Positions 25,520-36,944 of a DNA stretch of 64,000 bases are shown one piece after another; position 1 is the first letter of the stretch, and each line of letters begins with the position of its first letter. Position numbers and translations under genes: made by a program. The notes under the pieces are model-generated. The model was not told the DNA's origin. It searched no databases and saw only the letters and a program-made list of their open reading frames with translations. Origin of the DNA: Macrostomum lignano (lineage: Eukaryota); NCBI GenBank assembly GCA_002269645.1, contig NIVC01000260.1, positions 62,001-126,000 on the forward strand, read 5' to 3'.

Positions 25520-26785
25520 CGCCCCTAATTTTAAGAACCGTCCCTAATTTTAAGAACCGTCCCTAATTTTAAGAACCATCCTTAATTCTAAGAATCATCC
25601 CTAATTCTAATTCTAAGAATCATCCCTAATTCTAAGAATCATCCCTAATTCTAAGAATCATTTCTGGTTCTAAGAATCATCCCTAATTCTAAGAATCATC
25701 GCCTAATTCTAAGAATAATCCCTTATTCTAAAAATCACCCCTAATTCAAAGAAGCATCCCTAATTCTAAGAATCATCCCTAATTCTAAGAACCATCCCTA
25801 ATTCTAATAATCATCCCCTAATTCTAAGAATCATCGCCTAATTCTAAGAATAATCCCTTATTCTAAAAATCACCCCTAATTCAAAGAAGCATCCCTAATT
25901 CTAAGAATCGTCCCTAATTCTAAGAACCATCCCTAATTCTAAGAAGCATCCCTAATCTAAGAATCATCGCCTAATTCTAAGAATAATCCCTTATTCTAAA
26001 AATCACCCCTAATTCAAAGAAGCATCCCTAATTCTAAGAAGTATCCCTAATTCTAAGAAGCATCCTTAATTCTAATAATCATCCCCTAATTCTAAGAAGC
26101 ATCCCTAATTCTAAGAATCATCCCCTAATTCTAAGAATCATCCCTAATTCTAAGAACCATCCCTAATTCTAAGAACCATCCCTAATTCTAAGAAGCATCC
26201 CTAATTCTAAGAATAATCCCTTATTCTAAAAATCACCCCTAATTCAAAGAAGCATCCCTAATTCTAAGAAGCATCCCTAATTCTAAGAATAATCCCTTAT
26301 TCTAAAAATCACCCCTAATTCAAAGAAGCATCCCTAATTCTAAGAAGTATCCCTAATTCTAAGAAGCATCCTTAATTCTAATAATCATCCCCTAATTCTA
26401 AGAAGCATCCCTAATTCTAAGAATCATCCCCTAATTCTAAGAATCATCCCTAATTCTAAGAACCATCCCTAATTCTAAGAACCATCCCTAATTCTAAGAA
26501 GCATCCCTAATTCTAAGAACCATCCCTAATTCTAAGAAGCATCCCTAATTCTAAGAAGCATCCCTAATTCTAAGAACCATCCCTAATTCTAAGAACCATC
26601 CCTAATTCTAAGAAGCATCCCTAATTCTAAGAACCATCCCTAATTCTAAGAAGCATCCCTAATTCTAAGAAGCATCCCTAATTCTAAGAACCATCCCTAA
26701 CTCTAAGAACCATCCCTAATTCTAAGAACCATCCCTAATTCTAAGAACCATCCTTAATTCTGAGAATCATTCCTAATTCTAAGAA
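25520..26785. repeat. ~20-bp minisatellite CCCTAATTCTAAGAA(T/C/G)CAT
   Basis: About 60 copies, with a repeated variant block CCCTTATTCTAAAAATCACCCCTAATTCAAAGAAGC. Confidence 0.95.
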
Positions 26786-28339
26786 TTGTCCAAGATTTCT
26801 AAGAATGGTCTCTAATCGAAAATTGAAAGTATTAACTAGTTGGTTGCAGAACTACAGATGCAAGCAAAGGATGAGTCCTTTTTGTAAGTAGATTGCCATA
26901 AATTTTGGCACCGCGCCTCTCTATCAAAATTATATTTTATTTTCAGCAATAAGCGTGCATATATTCTACTAGATTATAATCATTAAACTAACAGTTACTC
27001 GCTTTATCTTCGTTGCTTATAAAGTAACTTCTATTATTTTACTTACATACTAAGTTTAGCCACACATGCTCGCTCTATTCTACTGCTACTAATTAAGTAG
27101 TCTTTCGGTGCGTTTTTCTCTTATCTCTACTATAGTCGCATATAGCCATCAGCTATGTTTTCTTCTTTCAGTTTCCCTTTCAAACGACAATTAATTGTCA
27201 CGTTTAAAATAGGAATTGTATATATATATATATAAATTTTTTTTTTGCGTAGTTCCTAGCGATTCATCCTACTTTTAGTAGTTTCACTCGTTTTCAAAGA
27301 CGATCGGATCACCTGACTGATTATTTATCATTTAATTAGAATTTTACTAATAAATTGAGAAGACTGTTTAACAGGAGTGCTCGCTACTTATAGTAGACTA
27401 CTAAACAATAGGATTTTTAGTTAATTTTAAGGAAACTGTGGGGACTAGTGTTATATTGGGGTTGATTGTTAGAAGCTTATTTTTTGTCTCGGTGTTTTTC
27501 ATAACCTTCGTTTCTTTAACTTTCATCGCGTTGCATTTACATTATTCAAGCAAATTAGTGTTTCGAGTATACAAATGTGTAACCAATAACCGTTTAATTT
27601 TTTGTTAATTAATTCACAAAACGTTCGTCTTAATAAAATCGCCACAGTCCAAGCAGATAGCTTATACCAAATCTTTATAGCTTTAGGCGGTCACTTTGCA
27701 TTTGTAAATAGTGATCTTTAAATAATATATTTATTAATTATCAATTACATGTAGTCATTGTTCCAGTCTCCGCGTCCCAAATGTCTCTTTTTTCCTGCTT
27801 TTTTCTGTCCTGTTACTGTTAATAAACAGTTAGGACATCGTCACGTCTGCGTTAATAAAAAAATCATGATAATATTATCATAATGATTATTATTATTATA
27901 TTTCAGATAAGTTATGGATTCACCAATTTTATTTTTGGTCTTATTCTACTGTTTCATGGAAACGGTAGTAAAGTTAAACAAAATCAATTATCATTTCTCA
28001 TACCGTGCATCTACGAGTATTATACTCTGCTTTTGAAATTAAAGTACACCCAACTATCCATAAATCAATCATATAAATATAGGAGGCTCAGCGGTAACGA
28101 TTCCGTTTTTAATTAAAAACACTTTTTGCTTGCATATTGGATTTTTTGTTGGTTCTATTCTAGAATATAGCGAAAGAATCTATGTACTAAACTGAGTCTT
28201 AATTAGGCAATGGTAAAAACGTAGGCTTGGTAGACTGTGCTTTACATGTGCGTGTACACTTGCATGTCATCTGCGCCCCAGTACATGTACACACGCAGGG
28301 GCGTCGCCATGAATTCTATGGTGGGGGACACGCAGGCAC

Positions 28340-28570
28340 TCATTTTAATGCCGCAGGCACTCACTTTGGCGCCGCAGGCACTCTATTTGGCGCCGCAGGC
28401 ACTCATTTTGGCGCCGCAGGCACTCATTTTGGCGCCGCAGGCACTCATTTTGGCGCCGCAGGCACTCATTTTGGCGCCGCAGGCACTCATTTTTGCGCCG
28501 CAGGCACTCATTTTGGCGCCGCAGGCACTCATTTTGGCGCCGCAGGCACTCATTTTGGCGTCGCAGGCGC
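28340..28570. repeat. 21-bp minisatellite GGCGCCGCAGGCACTCATTTT inside a GC-rich CAGGGG...CCCCTG-bounded segment (28296-28677)
   Basis: About 11 copies; the bounding segment resembles a degenerate MITE but no TSD was found. Confidence 0.85.
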
Positions 28571-29470
28571 TATATGGGCCCTTAAGCAAAACTGTTGATT
28601 TCAATTGCGGGTCTCAAGGTGGGGTGCTGGGACACGCAGCATTGGAGCTGGAGGGGATGGACATGTGATCTCCCCTGTACGTACATGTAGAGTACCATGC
28701 GTACAGTTTATACTCGATTTTTTCATGGTCGATAAATTAACAATAACAGACATGAGATCTTAGACATAACTATGTAGATGTCTACATAGACAGGTGGTAG
28801 ATAGTTGTAGGTTTCACGTCAGCATCTGCTACAAACTACGTATACTGTTGTCAAGTCAAAATTAATTTAGGGATCGCTGAATGCAACGTTATAAGTTGAT
28901 GCATGCAAAATTCTGATAAAACGGCCCTTTTAGGTACAAACTTTGAAATCTATGCTTAATTACTATTGGCATTATGTATGCATATTAGAGTGAAAATACA
29001 TTATCTCAATATTTTCTACTGATTAATAATGTATACGATAAGTTATATTCAGCATTATGATATATACACCTTCATGCGATCTTAATTACAACCGCAATTG
29101 CAGCTTGTAAAACTATTTTTTGAAGCAAATCGCATACATGGGTCAGCAAATGTTAAGGCAATCATTGGTATTTCTATCATTAGTGCTCAATAATTGATTA
29201 AATATTGATAAAAAATATTCTGCGAAATTTGATTGTTTGTCACTAAATGGGCCGTTTTAATCAGCATTTGCAAAATTTTCGCGATTGCAAAATTTCATCG
29301 GATTCTACATTGTATTGTTAGATCGAGTGTAGCGATGTACATGTAATAAGTTTGATTTCGCATAGTTAAGTAAGGTGTTTGTAAAATGGGCTTTTATTTT
29401 TGAAAAATTTCCAAAATTTTGATAAATATTGATTATAATTTTACGATATAAGCATGTAGCAGTGCACAAA

Positions 29471-29777
29471 CCAGGGGCGTGTAGCCAGGGCTATTTTTGG
29501 GACGGGTGCGTATTTCGGGGCGCCATCGTGGGGCGCCATGATCTTGCTTGGGATGCCATTGTCAAGGCACCAGAACCAGAAGCTTTAGCACCAGGGGCTT
29601 TAGCACCAGGGGCTTTAGCACCAGGGGCTTTAGCACCAGGGGCTTTAGCACCAGGGGCTTTAGCACCAGGGGCTTTAGCACCAGGGGCTTCAGCACCAGG
29701 GGCGCCACAGCTGCTGCAATGGCAGCACTACAATTCTTATCAGACTAATTGAGGCATGGTCCCTGGCTACGCCCTGG
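29471..29777. mobile_element. MITE-like element with imperfect TIRs carrying an internal 15-bp tandem array (TTAGCACCAGGGGCT)x8
   Basis: Left CCAGGGGCGTGTAGCCAGGG vs right CCCTGGCTACGCCCTGG (reverse complement); no clear TSD. Confidence 0.7.
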
Positions 29778-29995
29778 TTAAGAGCAAGGTACAATTAGGT
29801 ACTTGTACAAGTGCAGCCCTAAGGCTAGTAAAAAAGCTCAAGTTCTGATAGATTCTACAGGTTTTGTAAGATTTTTTAAGTCCGTGAAGCTACAAGTACA
29901 TAATATAATTTTGTTGATATTAGTTCATTAATCGAGTTAATTTGAAGTTTAATTCATCTTTCAAGGTGTACGCGCACCAAAGCCAGTTTGGATGA

Positions 29996-30730
29996 TCAGA
30001 GCAGTTGAAACTTGACCCAGTCGGCGTTCGTCTCGATTTCCTCCTCCACCTGAGCGTCGGTGAACAGCAGCAGGCGGCAGGCTCTCAGCTTGCTGTTGTA
30101 CAGCACGTGTCTGCAGCTGGCGTCACTCATAGCGGCTGCAACGCACTCAACAGCGCTGCTCACATTCGGCACATCGGTGAAGCAGTACTCGGTGTTGTAG
30201 TTGGCTTTTTTGAACGACACCTTCTTCCAATTGGCGAGCTTCCGGTAAGCAGAGGGGTCCTTGTACTCGCAAGCGAATTCATATTTACGGTTGCAATTGA
30301 TGTCTCTGAGCAGTCCAAGTTCGTCCATCCGAATGCAGTTTTCATCAGCACCTCCTGATGGTTCGTCTGTGCCAAAGAGACTTTCAGGACTGGCGAGGCC
30401 ATTTCCGTTGACCCTCTGCCAGCCGCCTCTCTTCTCGCCTCTCTCATCAGCCAGGTCGCTCAGTCCGAGCCACAGGTCGCAGCTGCAGGATGAGCTGATG
30501 CCGCTGCGATTCAGCGCCAGGATGGAGCTGTGCGAGTTGAGCAGCTCGCCTCCGATCGATGCGCAGTGCCGATTGGCTGAGCACCAGCTGTTGCTGTGAG
30601 CTGTGCTCACGAACAGGCACAGACCGGCCTGCATGGTGAACGGTGCGGGACACGACAGGGCCTGCGACTGCGGCAGCTGAGTAACTGCAGCTAGGAGAGA
30701 ATTTGAAAACCAAAACTCGATTAGGCGCAT
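29996..30730 (-). CDS. Probably secreted C-type lectin domain protein with a C-terminal PAN/Apple-like module, 244 aa, apparently single exon
   Basis: Hydrophobic N-terminus to SQA-LS; CTLD pattern CP..F....CL...SWCSANRHC...GGEL...LWLGLSD...W...EPS...ENC...DINC...FACE; then SAVECVAAAM...CRHVLYN...CRLL. An acceptor-like CTCCTAG at 30691 could alternatively mark a separate signal-peptide exon. Confidence 0.8.
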   Translation of the reverse strand: MRLIEFWFSNSLLAAVTQLPQSQALSCPAPFTMQAGLCLFVSTAHSNSWCSANRHCASIGGELLNSHSSILALNRSGISSSCSCDLWLGLSDLADERGEKRGGWQRVNGNGLASPESLFGTDEPSGGADENCIRMDELGLLRDINCNRKYEFACEYKDPSAYRKLANWKKVSFKKANYNTEYCFTDVPNVSSAVECVAAAMSDASCRHVLYNSKLRACRLLLFTDAQVEEEIETNADWVKFQLL

Positions 30731-31400
30731 TTCGAAACCGAAATTATTTTTTTATGTCGCTGGTAGATAAACGGAGCTCTTCTGCTTCGATGGTGTCTCC
30801 CGCACAAAAGGCAAAAGACGTGTTACATTTAAAATAAAATCTAACTGGAGCTGCTGGGTTGCTTGATTGACACCCTGTTTTGTATTTGCCTGAGAAAATT
30901 GGGAAAACAGCTGGATTTGTCAAGATACTCTCATAGCACTCATTTACACTCAAAATTTGTAGGCTTAAAGCTGTTCTGACAGGTCTCAATCATTGACGAA
31001 TTGTGAAACAGTTTATCAGTGGGAATTCCAGCATATGGCTGAAACTGATGTCAGAAATTTTCAACCGCCAATCAAAAGTCACCCAGCCGTGTTATCCAGG
31101 TTTTCGAAATTATTGAATTAACTAAATAATAATTTCAAGGCTGAGCGAAACGAAGTAATCTTTATTTATTTTGAATGTAAATTGATGCCAAAAGCCATGG
31201 ATTCTACTGGGGAAAGTAGTGAATAAAGCAAATATGTTGGCTAATTGAGCTCTTCCTACTGAACTGTCACTGGTATACCCACAGTGTTATTACTGCTCTA
31301 AACTGGAAACCTAGGGGATATTCTGACTACTGAAAGCAGGAAGTTTGTTGTTCCCTTTGCTTTCTTGCGGCAGTTTGCACATTGGTTCTCTTCAACGGAT

Positions 31401-31976
31401 TCAGTCTGTGGTTGCTGCTTGAGCACCGCTGACAGACTTCTTCGAGCGGCGGCGGGCGAGACGACGCAACTCTTTCATGTCATCGGCTCGCTGCTCCTCC
31501 AGCTTCTGCAGCCGGATATGCTGCCTGAAAATTATTGAGGCACCAATATCGATAGATCGATAGATAGATAGATAGATAGTAGATAGCGAGAAAGAGCGAG
31601 CGAAGCGAGCTCTTTCGAGCTCTCTTGCCGCAGCCAATCACGCTGAAAGCAGGCACACAAGATCACCGGAAACGATTAAGGCAGCTGGAAAGCCAATGGG
31701 CGCGGTAAGCGCTTTTATCCAGAGGAACTACCTGCTGGAACCAGCCATGCCGAACGAAAATCAGACTACTCAAGTAGTGCAAAAGAGTACGTGCAACTAC
31801 CGAGAAATCTAATTTTCGTAACCGCTCCGGTGCAGGTCCTGGCTATAGATAGTAGATAGCGAGAAAGAGCGAGCGAAGCGAGCTCTTTCGAGCTCTCTTG
31901 CCGCAGCCAATCACGCTGAAAGCACGCACACAAGATCACCGGAAACGATTAAGGCAGCTGGAAAGCCAATGGGCGC

Positions 31977-32074
<98 letters not shown>

Positions 32075-35000
32075 CTCGTAGCTACTCACCTACCCAGAGC
32101 TTCATCAAGCTCTGAGTGCACTTCAGCCAGCGCATTTCTCGTATGCGACTTCAGCCCCTCAGCATCGGACCGATTTGCCTCCAGTTGACGCGACAGACTC
32201 GGGCGCGAGCGCCGAAAGTGCGTCGCCTGGAACTGCAGGAACTCGATGTACTCCTGCGGATAGTCCGACTCTCTCAGCCACCAGCGCTGCGGGAGGAATT
32301 GGTTTGGGATTGGCGGTGCACGGAATGAAACCAGAAAAAGTAGAATCGTTAAAAGATTTTCAGTTCCCCAGCAACCTTAGTCTTGGCTTCGTCGTCAACA
32401 TTCCGACTCCTCTGACGGCACTTGTAGCACTGCTGAGCCAGTTTGTAGGCGTAGTAGACAAAGGACAGCGGCGGCGGCACCAGGCCGGACCGTTTGTACT
32501 CGAGCAGCATGTGAAAATAGGATCTGCGCCAGATGCCGCGCGCTTTGCTGGACATAATGCTCACGCGTAGGTTGAATAGCGCAATGAGCAGGTTGAGCAT
32601 GACCAGGTTGCACACCAGTAGGAAGGTGTACCGAGCGAAGTGCTCAAACACCGGATATCCAGTCGGATGTGCGGCCTCGCTGCTGATTGACTGGTTGCTT
32701 ATGTCAGCCTTGGCTGCGGCCAGGTCCTGCGGGAAGTCGGTGAACAGCAGCTTCAGCGGCATAGTGTACACCTGAACGAAGACATCAACAGCGTAAGTGG
32801 CCGAGCTCGTCTCCGACGCCAGCGCTGTCACCACGGGGAACAGCAGATTGAAGAAGAACACGCCGAATGAGTACACGATGACCAGAATGATGGCCAGAAA
32901 CGGCAGCAGGTCTCGGATGAGCAGGTGCTCCAGCATGGTGATCACTGGCCCAATTAGTTCCGAATAGCTCAAGAAGGACACGGAACGAAATCCCCAGAGC
33001 AAGTAGGATGTACTTAAAATCATTTGACAGGTGTAGGCAGTTGGGTGAGTCGGATTGTCCTGGATCGCCAGCTTCCAAACGATCCCCAACCACATGAACA
33101 CCAGAGCTGAGCAGTCGAAGTAGTTGAAGATCTCTCGGAAATATTCCGGACAGCTGCAGGTCCGCTTGCAGCGCCTCGAGTGGCACTGGCGGGGGCGCAG
33201 GCTTCGGCAGAAGTCGTTGAGTTCGTGTGCAGTCAGTGACAGCGTGTACAGTAGCAGAATAATATCCGGCCAAACGTTCAGAAAGGTAGTCTTGAAGTCG
33301 ATGATGTACCAGGAAAAGTAGATTAGAAACAGGGCGAATCCGAAAAGATGGATGTAAAACTTTGCCTTCGGTGACGCCGGCTTGGTTTTGGCTTGCTCCG
33401 AGCGACCCTCCCATTCTTGTTTCACCAACTCGTACACGCAGTCGGTGGCAAACAGGTCGTTGCAGTCGGCCTCCTTGATCAGCTCGAACAGCGTCTGGTA
33501 GGTGCCAACTTCGTCAACGCTCTGGTCCGGGCGTCGAGGTGAACAACGCGCTGACTGAACGTTAGCACCAGCGCAACCTTGCGAGCCGTTAGCGAGTGAT
33601 CTGGTGGGAAACCGAGGCCCAGAGCTTACCCCGTCCGCTGTCTTAATGCCGCCTAAAATATAATTAAATAAAATTTTCTTCTGAGTTTGATCCGCATTGA
33701 CGAACAGCTCGTCCAATGCGTTCACCGCGATGCAGACGATGGCGCTGTGCAGCCGCCTCAACTGCTCGTGCCGGCCCTTCTTGCTGCTAATCTTCGGCCT
33801 CATCTGGATTAGCAGAGTAACGCAGGCGGGTATTAACTGAAACTGCCTGGTGAGGATTAGGTCTGGCAGAATTTCTAGCTTTTCAAAGTGCAAGCAGAAA
33901 TCTATGATGAGCATCTCGGATGTTTCGTCATCTTTCAGCGCGTGAATACTTAGGAATTCGTCGAGTTCCTTCTCTGAGAAGCTCTCCAGCTCAGTGTGCT
34001 GAGCTCCCAGCTTCAACTGTTCGGTGATGAAGTCTCGAAAGCAATTTTCCGTCCTAGGCGAAATCAGACCAAGCCGAAGCCCGCTGCAAAGAATCTTCGA
34101 TGAGTCCAGATGGAGCGCTCGTAGCAGAATCTTTAGATCAGTCCTGCCGCGAGTTTCTTCCCTTGCCTCTGGGCCTCTGGAATTTGCGACCGTGGTGCGG
34201 ATGTCCGCGTCCCGCTGTATCGTCACTCGCATCGATTCGTCGGAAATTGAAGCCAGCAGGTGGCGAGCTGTAGACCGGTCGGGCAGCTTCAGCGACCGGT
34301 TGGCAGGATCAACGAGTCTGAGCAGGTCGATCCGTTGAACCCCCGGCAAGCCAAATATGACACTCATCTTTCCCTTGTCGTAGCCGAAGTCGATACACGA
34401 CTGGCCGTCCTGAGTTTTCTCGGCAAGCCGCAGGCCGCACTTCATCAGGTATTGCATGTTCTCCTCGTGACCGGCTTCGCAGGCAAAGTGCAAACTCGTG
34501 GCACCTTTGTTCGGGCCCTTGGCCACAGTGAGCTGTAGCATTTCTGATAACTGCATGTCAGACAGTTCGGCCAGCGACTGGGCCAATTCCTTCAAGCTGT
34601 ACCGGCCCGCAAAGGCGTGAACGGCGTGAACACCGTCGGAATTTGTTAGAAACTTATGAAACATTTTCTTCAACTCTGCATCTGCGGCAGCTTTGCCGAG
34701 GATATCTATGAAAACGTTTGAGTCGATGATTGAGCCATGAAGGCAGGTCTGCCCCATATTGTTCTCAGCTTTCTTGTCAACTCCAGCCTTGATTACTTTG
34801 CTCAGAGTGGCGAAGAACTCGTCTGTAGACTGCGCCTGGCTGTCATTGAGGAAGACAGCGTGGGCCAAGGTGTTCTTGTCAACGTCAAGTCGTTTAAACT
34901 CTTTGGCTGCCGAGTCACCCTGAATAGTAAGGCCACCGCTATTCCAGCCAGTGCAAGCGTAAAAGAGCATATTTCTGTCTGACGAATCTACAAAGCTCAC

Positions 35001-36497
35001 AATTTTTCGGATCAACGATTTCCCTAAAAATGGCTGGCTGCTTGCATGCCTCATAGCCAGGTGCATCACCGTCTGGTCGTGCCTGTTTGTCCACAGCCAG
35101 CAGTTGGTGTCGACGAGTCTGGAAGCCGCGGCTTCAACGATTTCATGCCGCTCGCACTGAGCTGCATAGTGAAGGCAGGTGTTCCCGTCCTGATCGCGCA
35201 GTTCAACAACGGCCGCTTTGGCTTGCCCGACCAGCTGCACCGCCATTCCATTGCTGCAGTGCCGAACTGCCAGGTGCAGCACTGATTGGCCCTTCTTGTT
35301 TTGCGATCGAAGACAAGCCGCATTAGTCTCTGTCACGAGTGCGTTGATCTTCTTGTCGCAGTCGACTTTCGACAGGACCGCAAAATGAGCGCTCCGGTTC
35401 CCGTCGCTGTCAGCCTGGTTAGGTATGTCCAGTCGGGCAGCTTTCAACGCGTCCATCAGCGATTTGACAGTTTGAAATCGGCAATTCTTCAGCACAAGGT
35501 GCCACACGAGCTCGCCCCTGACGTTGCGCATTCGCAGGCACATTGGTTCGGCCACTTTAACTATTTCAGTTATTACATCATCACTGCCGTCCTTCATTGC
35601 AGCATAATGAGCGCAAGTGTTGCCGTTGATATCTCGAAGGCTAATAATATTCGAGCCGGCTATTTTAATGAGCTTCTTCGAGGTGTCTGGACTGCAGTAC
35701 TTTAATACGAGATGCAGCACAGACTCATTGAGAAAATTCTGCCAAGACAATATTTCCTGTCTGTTGAGCAGTTGAGACACCGAGTTGTCATCTGTGCCTC
35801 TCTTTGCTACGTAGTGGGCCCAGCTGTTGCCACCGTTATCTGTCAGAGCCTGGGCCGAGCCCGCCCGGTCTAGAAGCGGCTGCAGCTCAGAACCTGCCGC
35901 ATTCAGTAAGCCGACGTGCAGCACCGGCTGACCTTTGGCATTTTGCCAAGCCAAGCATTGAACTCCAACACAGTCTACTGGCACTTTGATTGCATCCTTG
36001 TGCACGATGTTCGAGGCTGCATAGTGGGGCACCGTATTGCCAAGGCTGTCCCTCTTTGCCAAATACGCGGCCGGCTTGGGTACACCGGCCAGGATCTCGC
36101 GCAGATCGTCCGCGGCTTGTCTGGCAGCGGCCAGGTGCAGCGGAGTGATGTGCGAGCAATCGGCGATCTTCAGACACCGATGGCCAGAGTGCTGAACTAT
36201 CAGCTTGAGCAGGCCTGCAGCCTGGGGGCTCAGCGCGGCATAGTGCGCCGCTGTCCGCTTGTCGGAGTCCCGCTCTAGCGACTCGTCCTGCCTGAGCTGT
36301 GCGGCCAGTTCGCTGGCAGCACTGAACTCGCCGCGCTTGGTCAGGGCCAACAGGTGACGAACATCTGAGCTGTCGTCGGTCTCGGCTACCGGCTCCGCTG
36401 GAGGGCGCCTGTCAATCAGTTTTGACAGGTCGATCACGTCAATACTGTCGCTGCCGTGATTGCCAGCCGCAGGCAGCAGCCTGCCAAACAGAGCCAT
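31401..36497 (-). CDS. TRP-family cation channel: ~17 N-terminal ankyrin repeats + TRPM-like 6-TM/TRP-box module + C-terminal coiled coil, ~1480 aa; exons 36497-32376, 32286-32090, 31524-31401
   Basis: Repeated GNT/GQSVLH ankyrin motifs (aa ~75-705); S1 SPKAKFYIHLFGFALFL, S3 NYFDCSAL, S5 RDLLPFLAIILV, S6 NLVMLNLLIALFN, TRP box GIWRRSYFHMLLEY..LVPPPL. Introns are phase 0 (AAG|GTTGCT...CCCGCAG) and phase 2 (AG|GTGAGT...TTTCAG) and keep the frame to ...AATTD*. Confidence 0.88.
31573..31976. repeat. Two 131-bp direct repeats (31573-31703, 31846-31976) separated by 142 bp, flanked by (GATA)n tracts, in channel intron 2
   Basis: The copies differ at one position (AGGCACAC vs ACGCACAC). Confidence 0.92.
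31976..32073. repeat. (GATA)n microsatellite
   Basis: About 24 perfect copies. Confidence 0.97.
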
Positions 36498-36944
36498 AAT
36501 CTATACGTGCATTAATCCCTTTTTCGAATATACGCTCGCATAAATGAACATAGAAATTCTTATTATTTTAATTTCAATTTTAATTTAGCGCCAAAACAGA
36601 CTTCCATAGGCAACTATAGGGTAGAACTGTACTCCATTGTATCCAGTGCTCAAGTACGAACACAGTTTGTACTCACACGCAGTACAAGGCGCCTGTAAGT
36701 GTACTCGGAGCCTTTGGCGAATGCTTATGCACCTCATCCACCACAGTTGGCAGAGCGGCACAACACTGCATAGAGTGCATGGATCGCTGAAACAATGCAC
36801 CTCCATGTACATTATTTACACCCACCCATAAATACATATTCTCAAGTATGAAAAACTCATTATATTATGAGATCATTAGAAATGAGGATTCAAACAAGTT
36901 TGCTGAGAATTCTGTGCAAAATCTAGATGTGACTTTCTGACAGT

